From: Eledone cirrhosa
Taxonomy: Eukaryota
DNA: 64,000 bases
Direction of reading: 5' to 3'
Assembly (NCBI GenBank): GCA_964016885.1
Contig: OZ024741.1
Location: 381,486,001-381,550,000, forward strand
Shown: piece by piece, positions 24,777 to 38,219 of the stretch
How the letters are laid out: the number at the start of each line of letters is the position of its first letter
Position numbering within the stretch: the stretch's first letter is position 1
The notes under the pieces: generated by a model
Database searches by the model: none
The model's input: the letters and a program-made list of their open reading frames with translations, nothing else
Told to the model about the DNA's origin: nothing
Made by a program: the position numbers and the translations under genes

Positions 24777-25351
24777 TTTATTATATATATATATATTGTT
24801 ATACTTTGGGAGGGTCGTACTGTCAATAAAAAACACTAGCTTAAATTAAATATTATGATAGTTCATCATTAAGATAGCAACATCACAACTAGTAATTAAG
24901 GAAAATATATAGACGTACAGACACACATAACAATCAACCTAACAAAATAAATCAGACACACACAAATAGAACAACCAACCAACTAGTGACAAGTAAATAA
25001 ACACATGAATAAATAAATAAACATACACACACCTGGATGTAACGCATGCGCAATCAAATCTCAGAACACACAACACACACAAAAGGCGGTGTAGGAAAGA
25101 GACAAAATAAAATACAGACTTTGAAGAGGTCACATAATGTCTGACGAAAGAGTGTTGACAATATATATACAACTAAACACTTATCAAACCAACGAACCAA
25201 CGAAACATTTATAATGAATTGTGAATTTAACAGATGCGTGTGTATCTATTCAGAGCATGACCCTCCCCAAAATAAGAATATATGTTTCAACACGCGTTTT
25301 CAGATAAGAAATCTTGCAAAACAAATTCAAAAACGGAGTTTATTTATATAT

Positions 25352-26268
25352 ATATATTAGTAAAAAGGAAAAGAAAAGGCTGCCAAATTTTTCAAAGTGA
25401 AAAATAGTTTAATTAGGAATAAGTATAAATTAGTAATAAGTATTAGTTAGTATTCAGTTTTAGTTCTAAGTTTTTACCGGTTGCGCATTTCTTAAGATTT
25501 TCAAAAATAAATTTGAGATAGAGTGTTTGTGATTTTCGCTCTAATCTGATCAGTTTTGGAAATTCTTCATGTTTTATATGAAAAAAGTGGCTAGGGAGGT
25601 ATTAAAATGTTGTTGGTTGTTGAATGTCACGTGAATAAGCACTATAAATTTTGCGCCATACATCCTACATACATTTCTCTATCCACATATAAACACAATG
25701 ACATACGTAAACACACATGTTCTATGGTGCAACACAAATATACACAAATTTGCATACCTTTTTATGTTTATAGATATACACGCCGACACGCACACATACA
25801 CATACGCACACATGTATTGCACATTGATGGGTGCATACATATTTGTACACAAGTATCCCATACAGCAGGGCCTAATGGATTCCCCTTGCAGTACGTACAA
25901 TCTGGACTCACACACGCCTTGTTGTTATGACAATACTATACATCATTTCACCTCTTTTATTATTGATGTTATTGATGTTCTTTTGAGAGAATCGTTTTTG
26001 CAAATGACTGAACATATCGAATAATGTTCGCCATTTTTACCACTCCCCCCAAAATACTGGTACATCCACACACACACACACATACACACACGACACGCAA
26101 GCACACGCAAACACTAGCATACAGGCAGACATACACACACCTCTCCGTATAAGACAAGAGCTGAAAATGTTTCAGCATGTTAAAATACCCCTCCCCCCCC
26201 CACACACACGTACACGCACATTCCTATTGACCGATTAATTTCCACTATCACAACAATGAACCACTTTG

Positions 26269-26310
<42 letters not shown>

Positions 26311-26790
26311 TTGTCTTAATAGACACCTGAACTGTTGACCTCTCAACATGACTTTAACTCAATCAAGTGGAAAATGACATTCTTCGACAAACCTACATTT
26401 TTCGCGAAACCAGTTCGCGCTAAAATCAATTTAAACATTCACGTGACTTCTACCGACCATTCAAAATTATTTTCACTACAAGAATTTTTGCAACACGAAT
26501 TGGCGCGAAATTTATAGTGCTTATTCACGTGACATTCAACAACCAACCAAATTTTAATACCTCCGAAGCCAATTTTTCACATAAAACAGGAAGAATTTCC
26601 AAAACTGATGAGATTAGAGCAAAAATCACGAGCACTCTATCTCAAAATTATTTTGGAAAAGCATAAGAAATGCGCATCCGGTAAAAACTTGAAACTAAAA
26701 ATAAATACTAACTAATACTTATTACTAATTTATACTCATTACTAATTACACTATTTTTCACTGGGAAAAATTGTCCCTTTTACTAATATA
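25352..26790. repeat. ~300 bp inverted repeat pair (25352-25659 / 26501-26790); possible MITE or two inverted copies of one repeat
   Basis: 'gttgaatgtcacgtgaataagcactataaattt' pairs with 'aaatttatagtgcttattcacgtgacattcaac', and 'tatattagtaaaa' with 'ttttactaatata'. Confidence 0.85.
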
Positions 26791-26891
26791 TCCCAATTCG
26801 TGTGTCACACCTCCATTTTTTTAAATATATATATATATATATACTTCGTTTTTCCAATATTTTAGACGTTGCTCGATTAAATGATTATATG

Positions 26892-27090
26892 TCTAGTTAA
26901 TTTCTACGGACTGAGAGGAGAGATTAGGTAAATTTTATCTGACTGTTCCTCATAAAGGAATATCGATAAAATGTATCTATTATTTATTCAAAGCTACATT
27001 TTAAACTTAGCACCGTTTAAATGCTTATTTATCTAGATAATTTCTACGGACTAAGAAGAAAATGTTGGATAAATTTTGTCTGACTGTTCT
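26892..27090 (+). repeat. Direct repeat, ~60 bp core, 140 bp apart
   Basis: 'tctag.taatttctacggact.aga.ga....tt.g.taaatttt.tctgactgttc' occurs at 26892 and 27032. Confidence 0.8.
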
Positions 27091-27097
27091 TCAAATT

Positions 27098-27128
<31 letters not shown>

Positions 27129-27130
27129 TT

Positions 27131-27300
27131 ATAATATAAAATCAAAAGATGGTTAAAATAGTTTCATGTATTTTATTATGCGCATTTCAAAAACATTTAT
27201 CTGATGAGAACGCAAATATCATCCCATGATGATATTTGTTTTTGAAATGCGCATAATAAAATACATGGAACAACTTTTGCCATCTTTTGATTATATATTA
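27131..27300. repeat. ~170 bp fold-back hairpin, MITE-like
   Basis: The arm 'aatcaaaagatgg..aaa...gtt.catgtattttattatgcgcatttcaaaaac' and its reverse complement at 27238-27300 flank an inner hairpin 'caaatatcatc/gatgatatttg'. Confidence 0.85.
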
Positions 27301-27385
27301 TTTATACTCCAGTGCTATAAAGTGTTGAGTGCTACTTATCGGATATTTGCATTGCTTTATTATGCTACAATAAAACTCACCTCTT

Positions 27386-27457
<72 letters not shown>

Positions 27458-27524
27458 TATATATAAAGTGAAGTTGGGCGTTGTTTGTTGTTTGTTTAGT
27501 GTCCCGAACTTGCAGGCTACACCG

Positions 27525-27870
27525 TACATCCGATTTTCATGAAACCTGACACATATATGAAGCTCGACCCGTAGATCGGAATAGCCTACTTGAAATCTTC
27601 GAAAAATCGATAATCAGGCCCCCAGAAGCCAACAATCGATATTTACAAAAACCGTCCGATTTCGATGGAACTCGACGCCAGTTTGTAAGTTGATTCGGGG
27701 ATGAACGTGGGCTACATTAAAACTTTCGAAATATCTATAATTGGATCACCAGAGGCAAAAATCGATATTTACGAAATTTGTGCGATTCCAATGAAATTTG
27801 AAGTAGGTATGTATTTTGATGCGGGTATCAACGTGGGGTAATAAGCGAACCCACAGAGGCAAAAATCCGG
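27525..27870 (+). repeat. Three degenerate ~128 bp subterminal repeats
   Basis: 'ccgattttcatgaaacctgac' (~27529), 'ccgatttcgatggaactcgac' (~27656) and 'gcgattccaatgaaatttgaa' (~27782), each followed by a related 'cagaggcaaaaatc'-type block. Confidence 0.75.
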
Positions 27871-27959
27871 CAATCGAAAAAACGCCAGTCTCCTTGCTTC
27901 CGTTTGTCGCGATTCCCGCCATGCAAAAAAACGTTCAAAAAACGTTCCTGTATTGCGCC

Positions 27960-30060
27960 CAGTCTTCTCAAGCGATCATCGAGCCTCCATGCGCTCTCTT
28001 CATTCCCGTGGTCCCATTACCCCTGCTCTCTCCCTTCCCTGCACGCCGTAGACCCACTGCATCTTCGTGTATCACCATGCGAATCTCTGCCTTGTCAGTC
28101 GCAATTCATTCCCCGGTCCTTTCCATTGCCTGCCCTCCGTGGTCCCTAAGAACTGCCACGGCTCAACATGCCGAATCCCTGCCACCGTCCACCCCTGCGC
28201 ATTTCCATTGCCTATACTCCTGGAGATCTCAAGACTTCCATGCCTGACCAAGCCACATCTCGTACACCGTCAACCCCTGCCCTCTCCCTGCACGCCGTCG
28301 TCCCACTGCATCGTTATTCCTCACCATGCCGAATTACTGGCCTTTCGGCCACCATCCCCTCAGCCCTTTCTTTTTCCTGTCCGCCGTGCTCCTTCAAGAC
28401 TGCTATGCCTAAACAAGCCGCATCCCTGCCACCATCAAGTCCTGCCCTCTCCCTTCTCTGCACGCCGTCGCCCCACTGCATCGTCATGCCTTAACATGCC
28501 TCACCCATGCTCAGTCAGCCTCCATGCCCTCCCCTGCCCTCTGCCTTACCCGCATGCCTTGGTCCTTCACGAGTGCCATGGCTCACCCTGCGGAATCCTG
28601 CAACCGTCAATCCCGGCACTCTCCCTTACCTGCACGCCGTCGACCCACTGCATCGTTATGCCTCACTATGCGGCATCCATGATCTGTCAGCCGCCATCCC
28701 CTGCTCAGTCTTTTATTTTGCCTGCCGCCGTGCTCCTTCAAGACTGCCATGTATAACCAAGCCGCATACCTGCCATTGTCAACCCCTGCCGTCTCCCTTG
28801 CCCGCACGCCTTGGTCCCTCAGGAATGCCATGGCTCAGCATGCGGCATTCCTGCCCTATCAGCAACTTGCTCAAATGTCATCAGCATGGTTTATTCCTGC
28901 GCCGCACATAATCGCCCATTATCTCAGACTAAAGACAGCACCGACCATGAAGACGATCCCGTGTAAGTCTTTTAACCTTCATTTTGACCATATTTAACAA
29001 AATTAAACAAAAAGTCATCCCTTTCTCCTCAAAACCCTAATGATCATGCATGGCCGATAAACATCCTGCCTTGCACAAGGTTTTCTCAAACAATCATCAT
29101 GCCTCATGGTGCTCTCTACCTTCCTGAAGTGCAACTCAATTGGCATGCCGCATGCAAGCCCCTGTCAGCCACCATGCACCCTGCCCTTTCGTCATGCCTC
29201 ATCATGTTGCATCCCTGCCCTGTCAGCCACCAGCCACTCCCCGACCCTTTCCACTGCCTAGGCATGGCAGTTTTGAGGGACCAAGTCGCATCCCTGCCAC
29301 CGTCAGCCCCAGCCCTCTCCGTTCCCTTCACGCCGTCGTCCCACTGCATCATCATGCATCACCATGCCGCATCTCTGTCAGCCGCCATCCCCTCCTCGGC
29401 CCTTTCTTTTGCCTGCCCGTAGTGCTCCTTCAAGACTGCCATGGCTCACCATGCGGAATCCTTGCCACCGTCCACCCCTGCCCTATTCCTTGCCTGCTGG
29501 CCGTCGTCCAACTGCATCGTCATGCCTCAGGATGCCGCATTCAAGCACTGTCAGCCAGCATCCCCTACTCGGCCCTTTCTTTTGGCTGACCGCCGGGTTC
29601 CTTCAAGACTCCCATGGCTATCTATGCCGCATCAATTCCTTGCCACCCGCTGAAACGTCATCAACATGGCTTATTGTTGCCCCATTTGACCACTGATTTT
29701 CGCAGGCTAAACACAATACGAACGTTCACGATAGTCCATGTAAATCTTTTTAATTACATGTTCATCATGCTAACCAAATGATGAATAGCAACTCTTTCAT
29801 TTCTCCTGAAATGCCTTTCTGTCAATTATGGCCGAGAAGCATCCTATGTAGCATCGCCTTTTCTCAAACGATCAGTGTACCTTCTACTGTCCTCACAATT
29901 GACTCACAATGCCGCATGTATTCCCTGCCACGCCCTTAAACATCATTAGCATGGCTTATTTTTCTGCCGCGTTTAATCGGCCCTCATTCTAGGCCATAAA
30001 CAACAACACCGCACGATGATGCTGCGTAAGTCTATTTAAATTAATAGTCAACATGTTCAG
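27960..30060 (+). repeat. GC/C-rich degenerate minisatellite (~60/120 bp units) with higher-order duplication
   Basis: Recurrent 'cgccgtcg.cccactgcatcgt.atgcctcaccatgccgcatccctgcc' and 'gtgctccttcaagactgccatg'. Higher-order markers 'ttctcaa.c.atca' lie at ~27964, 29082 and 29861. Confidence 0.85.
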
Positions 30061-31427
30061 CAAAACAATTGTACCAATTCTTCCTCTTCACCTCCAAGGC
30101 CTATCCATTACATCTTAGAGGTCGGGATTCGCAATTTCTACTATTTCTATATTGACACAACAGTCCGTCAAGTTTTTCGGCACATGTTGCTCCGATAGGA
30201 ACATCAACGTGATTTTCCCTTAATTCGTAAGTGTTCAGTCTTCCGTATGCTTTTATTTTTTATTGATACAACAGCGACTACAATCATCTAACTTCACTTT
30301 GTAGGCTAGACGCGAATCACAAGGAAAACAGTCCTCTGATATACAACCCCTCAAAATTCTTTTGTCTACCTAGATTTCAATGGCTATATACTTTTCTTTT
30401 GTACGGTTGTACATTTGACAATGTCGCAAAACATTATTCCACTTGATTCTTGACTTTCAGCTATGAATTGGGCAGAGCCTTAAAATCCCGGTTTATTTGC
30501 GTGCAATTTTTTGGTATCTTATGAATGGAGAATCGGAAACCCTTTTTTCTCATAACCTGATACATGCGTTACAGATGCTCCGTGGATGTTTGTGGACTAT
30601 TTTTTTAAAATACAAATATCACAGATTGGAGTACCAAAAGAATCGTTTGTTCTTCATTTATCTCGGTCAAAGCATCCTGCTGGAATTTAGCGCAGACCCG
30701 TTTAAATCCAGCGCCTTATAACCCCGAGTGTAACAGGGCACACCAGCTAGAAAGACAAATGGAAACATGGTTTCCTCGGTCCTGTTTGACGAAAGTCGAT
30801 TTAGTTCCACAACAAATTAACAAACCATACATGAAGAAACGTTGAGTCTGTTGCAAAGGGCAATAACCCTAGACACAATTTTGATCAACTTTCTTTTACA
30901 TATAGCAAATTTACCGGGACAGGTTTTTAGCTACTCAAATCTACTTCAGAGGTCACGCATTCATGTAAAAAATCAATAAAACTGAAGCGGCGGTTCGACG
31001 TTGCGCAAAAAACAAGTCAAAGTTGCACATGGGAAAACTTTTTACGGGAACGTCCGATTTTCTTGAAAACTGTCGCAAAAGACTCGCCATTATGCCGCGG
31101 TTCAGATAAAGTCCCTTTTATTTCTTCTTCTGCACATGTGAGCGCGAATATTGTAAATAAAAAAAAAATTGAAAAAATCGACTTTTTGACCCTGCTTTGA
31201 AAATCAATTGAAAATTCCATTTCAAGTGAATTTGATTTCCGTCAGTCGTGCAAAGAGCAATTTCAACGATACACTGTGAACCTACAATTGATCCATTATT
31301 TATGCCAAATTACACACCTGCGTCTACTAACCTCTGTTTTTTTTCCTTGAGGTTCGAAGGTTTTCACACATTTTAACAACAGAGCAAAGGTCAAATTACA
31401 CTCAGGAAACGCCGGGTACTTCTGCTA

Positions 31428-31471
<44 letters not shown>

Positions 31472-33631
31472 CATGCAACGATGGTTGCTGGACACTGTAC
31501 GGCTAATATTTCGGACTGTTTGTTTACATACAAACCGAGCATTATAATAAATGTTCGGTAAACCCATACGTGCATATATATATGTCTGCATGTATGTATA
31601 TACATACTACTGTACGTCTGTATACATATGTGTATGTACGCATACATATATTTAAGTATCAGCCGTACTAAGAATGAGAAATGAAATTGCATTTTTTCCA
31701 TTTATATATATTCACATATATATAAATATACATACACAAACACAGACACACATACACACAGACACACATAATAGTAATCATATTATCCCAGGCGTTAAAC
31801 TATTATATTTCTTCATTGTACTGTGTAGTCTGCTTTGTTATGTTTGTTTACTTGTTACATACACACATATATGCATACACACACATACACACAGGCACAC
31901 ATACACGCATATATATATATATATATATATATGCGTGTCTGTGTGTGTGTGTGCGCTCGTGTGTGTGTGCGAACGTGTGTGTGTGCGCACGTGTGTGTGT
32001 GTGTAATGAGACCGAAAGAAGATATATGGAGAGAGAGAGTGAGAGAGAGAGAAAGAATCATAATGACTTTAAATGGGAAAAGGAAGGTTAAAAAATACTT
32101 TTTTATTTCCGCCAAATTCATCATTTCCTACAACTTTATAGAGAAATAGGAATTATATATTGTGTAAACATCATGTAATGGCGCTTTAGCTGTCCTGTGC
32201 AAAGTTGAGTCTGATCTATTTGATATATGACGGCAACAACTCCAGTCATGAAAATGAAAACTCTGTAAGATTATTTATTTCTATCTTATCTACTTTATAT
32301 TTACATATTTATGAATGTAGACAGCAATTTTCGGCAATTCTCAGATGATGCTTCTCGCATGTACAAAGATCTGCTAGAGAGATTCCATTTAATTTTGATG
32401 TTGTTTAACAGCAAACCATCTCTGTTCCCGTCTAAGAAAATATCATATACATCCTGTGCAATGTAATTCGAGGGTGAGTTTGCTACTATTTCCCTAAGAC
32501 CAAACAGCTACCTTGTTGAAAGATGTTATGATATTTCAATATGGTCGATTGCAATGTGTATACTTCATAAGGAATAACTATAATATAGACAAGAAATAAA
32601 TATTCTTATTCTCAAGGAACCTGTCGTTTACGATTTCGTTTCTCTTTAATTTGCATATTGTATGAGTGTTGTCAGTTAATCAAGTCACAAAACGCAGAAA
32701 ATCTCAATAGAAATTTCAGACGTAAAATATTTAACTTCAACATTTCTACTTTTTGTGTAGTAAATCTTAGTGTTGTTAACATGTGCTGCTTTAAGAGGCC
32801 TGCTATGTTAAACATTTCTATGTTAGAAATACTCATATTTCACCAATGCTGTAGTTCAGTGGACATCAAGATATCTATTAACATATTCACCAATACACTA
32901 AGCCATATTCTGAAAATGATTAATCTGTCTAGTATCACTTATGTGATTGGGCATACATTTTCTAGATTAGTGACATAACTATTAATATTAGAAAATGAAT
33001 ACGTCTGAAGTAAACTTAAATATAGGATAACAAATTATTTTAATTCGATCTTGACACCTCCGATAATTGTATAGACGTGAAGTTTATTTTTGACGACCAC
33101 AGAAGCTGTTACAATGCTGATTTAGAAACGCAGAAGAATGTATTTGACAATTTTACGCAACGGACTACAAACAATGTATTCCGAAATAAATGCCGTTTTG
33201 TAGAAATGTTAAATACTACTCCTAATTGATTTTATCAATAGATTTCTGGCCGGAATCTTCAGGTAAGCATTACGTTACCTCTTCTTATTTCCTTCGTGAT
33301 CGACAAACATCGTTGGAAGTGAATGCAAAACAAAAAGTCTGAAAGTGACATATTTTTACGTGTTTTGATGAGTGTTAAGTAAAAGTTGATTCAGCAATAG
33401 ATACCGCCGATACATTGTTGTTGTATTGTTGTTATTATCTTGGTTATTCTTAGTATTGTATTGGTTTAAATTTCGGCCGTCGAGCAAACGTATACAATGC
33501 TCAAACCATGTCTATCCCCTAATATTTTAAGGTATATTTAAAGATATATTATCCAATGTATCGTTTGCTTTTAAATATTATATAGTGTGTTGCTAGGAAC
33601 TTGTAGAGCATCACATGTTATTATTATTATT

Positions 33632-36600
33632 GGTTATTAAAGTAGGGAGACTTACATTAATGAGCTCGTAGGTATTGACATTCTATTATCAAACTGAAAT
33701 TTCAATATTGTCTTTGGGGGTAAAGGTGTCACCTTTCTCGTGAACTGGGCCGTTTTTTCCATAATTGCAGCACTTTGGGCGTAAATTGAAGTTTTCTTTA
33801 GCAAACAAGTCCCCAAATTTTAAAGATATATATAGCGAAAAAAATATATATAGCGGAAGAAAAAATTACGTCCGTAAAAAAGACAGTGGTGTGTTTAACC
33901 AGTGAGGTTTTAATCAGCAGCAACGAAAAAATCAGCCCTGATAAAAATTTCATTCGAAGCAGTAGCAACAGCAGAGCAAGACCAAACGTCCTTGTTGTTA
34001 GAGTGGCAATCAAGAATGAAACAGTCGTCGTAACCGAAGAACAAATGTAAGAGGCCAGTCGATTGATAAAAAAAATAGGATACATGTTCAACTACACTTC
34101 TTCATCAAACACAATGGAACACTGGCGGCTAATAACGCTATCATAACGTTCAATTAACATAAAATCGGAGTGGGCATCTGAGTTCCGGATCCAAAAGGCT
34201 TTACGACATAACATATGTGGGTTCAGAAAACCCTCATCTATGGTGGACGAAGTATGGGACTGTGGGCATGTTGTTTGTCACCTCACAGGAATCAAAAAAT
34301 AATTTCATGGCTCCACTAAAGAGTGGGGAACTGATGCTTGTCCCAAGATGCTGCCGGCCAGGCTCGTGAGAGTGACAGCGCCGAAGGTTCCGCCAGTCAT
34401 AGAAATTCACTGGCAGATGGCTGACGCCCTAACCGACATCTAGCACGTCAGAAAAGCCATCGAGAGAATGAAGATAAAACAGGAGAACTATTCCGGATAA
34501 GGAATGGAGCTCCTGATCCAAGCAGAACAGAGGAACATGCAGGATATTCTGGATGTTAGACCTCAATGCTGGCAGCCATCTCACCGTATTCGTCGACGAT
34601 AGTCGGCCAATGTGTCACGTGTGTGGCGATAAAATATACCTAAAGGCCTTCTGCCCTCAGGGGTTGGCAACAAAAAAAATAAAGCCACGTCTGCTGCCTA
34701 TGCAAGTGATTCAATCAACAGCAGTAGCAACGGCAGCAGTAAGGTAGCAAGAACAACAACACTACCAGCCACGCCAGAAATAACACTATCGCCTCCACCA
34801 TCGACGCCTCTGTAGGACATCCCATTCCCACACCTCTCACTACTGGAGATAGATTGTGACGAGAAGGAGGTGTGGAAAACCATAAACAAACTCAGAAAAG
34901 AAATAATTATCTTCCTTCGTCCACAGAAAAGAGGGCAAAATAAATAAACAGAAAAATAAAAAAAGTTAAGACAACGGCGCCACCACCAGAATCACCTATC
35001 CAATCGCCACCACCACCAACGCCATCACCATTAACATCATCACCAACACCACGAAAAACTCCAACAACAAACCAAATAGAAACAAAGCTACATACGCGAC
35101 CCCAACAAACGCAAACAAAAAAGAATGACAAAACTACAACTAACTACACGGCTTTAAACACAAATAATAAATAATTATTACACTATATCAGACAAAACAC
35201 TACCATTATGGAGATAAAACATCAAAACACCTCGAAAATTAACACCACCCACAGACATACAAAATAATACGCATCTCGCAAATGACATACAAAATCCTAA
35301 AAGAAAAATTCCCCCAAAGACATTGGAGACTTCCGAGAGACACTCTCCAGAAGGATATACGAAGACATGCTTGCGAAGAGTGCCCCAACCAGTCAGAAGG
35401 GCGAAGGCAACGTCCTCCCTCCACATGAAGTGTGGGAAGTGGACTTTCCCGCCTTTTCCTATATTTTCAACATTCACTTATTTAGAATAGGCAGCGTAAA
35501 TGCACGTGCCCTGGGGTCGTCATGGAATCAATGTCAACTGTTCAACAACCTCAAGCCATTAACATAGATATGGTGGCCATCAGTGAGACCATAATTTCAG
35601 AGGCACAAGACTTCGCAACTATTTTCGGCGGTTTTGATGAGTGGCGGAGGCGAATCGTGGCACCAAAGCCATGATCTGGTCTTCGGATGACCACGACTGG
35701 CGTATGTTACTCGAAAACGCGCAAATGGGTGCGGATTTTTACCGGCACTTCGTCCAGCTGTTCTGGGGAAGCGGTGGATGGAATCGCAGGCTGGACTTTA
35801 GCGCCTACCTCGAATGTCTGCCGCGGCTCTCAGCCATTGACGCGGAGTGTCTCAAAAAGCCGACAATAGCCGCTGAAGTATGGGAGGCAATGACTGACTG
35901 TACGAGGGGTAAATTTCCTGGTTATGATGGTCTGCCCTACGAGCTTTCCGTGCACATACCAGACTCGTTCGGTGACCTCTTGGTGGAGGTAAACCCAACT
36001 GGCAGCAGAAGGTAAGGATTCCTAGCTATGTCAGCCAAGAAGCGGTGGCGCTGCTGAGAAAGGACCCAAATAAGAGTGACAACGTAGAGAATTTCAGGCC
36101 CACACTCTGTTAAATGCAGAGTTCAAAATGTTGTCCGAGATGGTAACAGCGAGTTTGGTGTTTCTCGTTTGTAATGTGGTTGAGGAGGCACATATATACA
36201 CTTTTCCCAAGAGATTCATCCACGACGACCACCATCTCATGCGATACATCATAGGAAGGGTAGCTAGAGAACCTGGCACGGGTGGGACACTGATCAACTT
36301 GGATCACTCCAAAGCATTCGATAGGGTCTACCATCGGTAGATGGTGGCGGCCCTCAAAGCAGCAGGCTTTGAGCCGGTTTTCAGATGATTGATAGCTGCT
36401 ATGCACAGTGACATCTACTCTATCTACTCTCTGGTCATATTGAACTTCACCTCTCGGAACCCTTCAGCATCAAGCGTTTGATCTGCCTGGGCTGTCCCCC
36501 TTTCGTCCTTTTTGTATGTATTGACTCTCGAGCCAATACTACATAAATTAGAAGCCTTGAGAATCATCGCACGTGAACTAGGATATAGAAGACCTGTGCC

Positions 36601-38219
36601 GGCTTATGCCGACGACGTCACAGTCGTGGTTTCGAACACCAAACAGGTGATCGGCACTGCTCTGAAGGAATACGAAGCATTGACAGGAGCGAAAATAAAC
36701 CAGGAAGAATCCATGGGCCTACAACTTGACACATGGAGGGGCACATTGTCGTCGTGCACTGGACGGAGGGGTTGGTTAAATTAGTTGGGGTCTGGTTTGG
36801 TCCTGATCTTCAGATGGACAGAAATTGGGATGAGGTAACGAACAAAGTGCCCAATCTCACCCAGAATTGGGCCGACCGAAACTGTCCCTAAAATGTAGGG
36901 CTCAGTTGGCGAACACATTCTTCGCTTCCATCATCTAGTACCACTTAATCATCGTCCCTTGTTCCAAACCCAGCCTGACTGCACTGGAATGTTTGCTCTT
37001 CCAATTCTTGTGGCAAAGGCACGTTCCGATGATCAGGCGGTCCATCTGCTCTCAACAGCCCCTGTGTAGGACTAGAAATGACATGGCTAATGATGCTCAG
37101 ATATACGCTGAGGCTAAGACATATATATCTCTTTCTAAACGATGTAGTCGCCGTTCACCAGATGCATGTTTCTCCAGCCCGTATCCTTAACGGAGCTACA
37201 GTCCAGGCTGACGCAAAGACGGGTGGAGAGCACTTGGAAACTGGAATGTCTCCAGACGCTTACAGCCCTTCAACAATCGGGCAATATGTTTGGTGGAAAC
37301 ACCACATTCACGTTCTAAGGGAGTTAGTGGCAGATAAAAACGACGACATTCGTAGGGAAAATCTAGACATTGATGAAAACCAACTAGCCACTCTTTTCGG
37401 AAGGACTCTCAGACTAGGTCTCATGGATAATTTCCAGAAATACCTGGCATGGCAGTGCTACTAATGAGCTTGGCCAGTTCGAGATAAACTCTACAGACAT
37501 GGAAGTACCGTCAGCCGGGCCTGTCCAAGATACGCGCAGGAAGACGAAACCGTCCTGCACGCATTCGTCCAGTATCCAAGCATTGCTGACTTGTGGGTTT
37601 ATGTCGAACACCTGCTGTCACGTGTAGGACAAATTCGATTATCCACCGAGTCCATTGTGAGGATTGTCATACCACCTTCAAGAAGGGCATGCCGTTTTTA
37701 TATGTCTTGCGGACATGGCGAAAGAGGTTTTATGGTGGACACGCTTGAAAGGTTTGAAGACTATCACTTTCCACTTCGGAACAGCGCTGATTAACTTCTT
37801 AAGATTACACTTCAGGAGGAAATAAAGATAGAGTGAGAAGTTCTGCCTTCAAAGCAATTTGTTGAAAGGTGGATGAAAGAAGCGAGCTTGGACCAAGTGA
37901 ACGGGACCGCTCTGAGTGTAAGCCGGTAGATTGGAGGTGTACAACTGGGGCAGGGCTCTCGTCCTAATGATCAGAGTATCCATGGTTTTATGGAGGTTTT
38001 TCCACGAATGACCCTCGAACGTCTCCTCCCCATTGAGCAACCTTCTTTGTTTTAATTGTATTATTATCTTTTTTCATGACGTTGTTAAAATTTGTGTACA
38101 CGCAAAGCCCACATGCAAACACAGACATATATATATACACACACATACACACAATTTATGCTTTTGTCCAGTACTTCATAATGTCTTTTCTTGATGTAGA
38201 CCATTTGTTAATAAAGAAA
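33632..38219 (+). mobile_element. Older degenerate Tx1-like LINE (subfamily T4) with internal deletion at ~35640
   Basis: ORF remnants: RPMCHVCGDKIYLKAFC (knuckle), FRIGSVNARAL, GYDGLPYE, INLDHSKAFDRV, AYADDVTVVV, MDNFQKYLAWQCY. Starts after (TTA)n and ends with AATAAA plus an ATT-rich tract. Confidence 0.85.

Larger units (their letters stand above)
27455..31428 (+). mobile_element. Non-autonomous Helitron-like element (~4 kb) inserted in (TA)n
   Basis: 5' end A|TCttatatataaag followed by GTTT repeats; 3' end with a hairpin-like 'caggaaacgccggg' then 'tacttctgCTAG|T'. (TA)n on both sides, no RepHel ORF. Confidence 0.7.

Noticed and set aside
2993-24783. CRISPR-like or integron-like repeat/cassette array
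   Set aside because: The 'repeats' are variable-length microsatellites and the 'cassettes' are retrotransposons. There are no cas or integrase genes, and the context is eukaryotic.
27816-29696. Many overlapping Pro/Cys/His-rich ORFs up to 229 aa
   Set aside because: They are open in several frames because the C-rich minisatellite is poor in stop codons, and no domain motifs are present.
32150-33270. Possible host exons or decayed gene (weak cadherin-like words on the minus strand; AG|GTAAG at ~33262)
   Set aside because: The minus-strand frames I translated have many stops and no convincing motif. A tblastn or HMM search would be needed.
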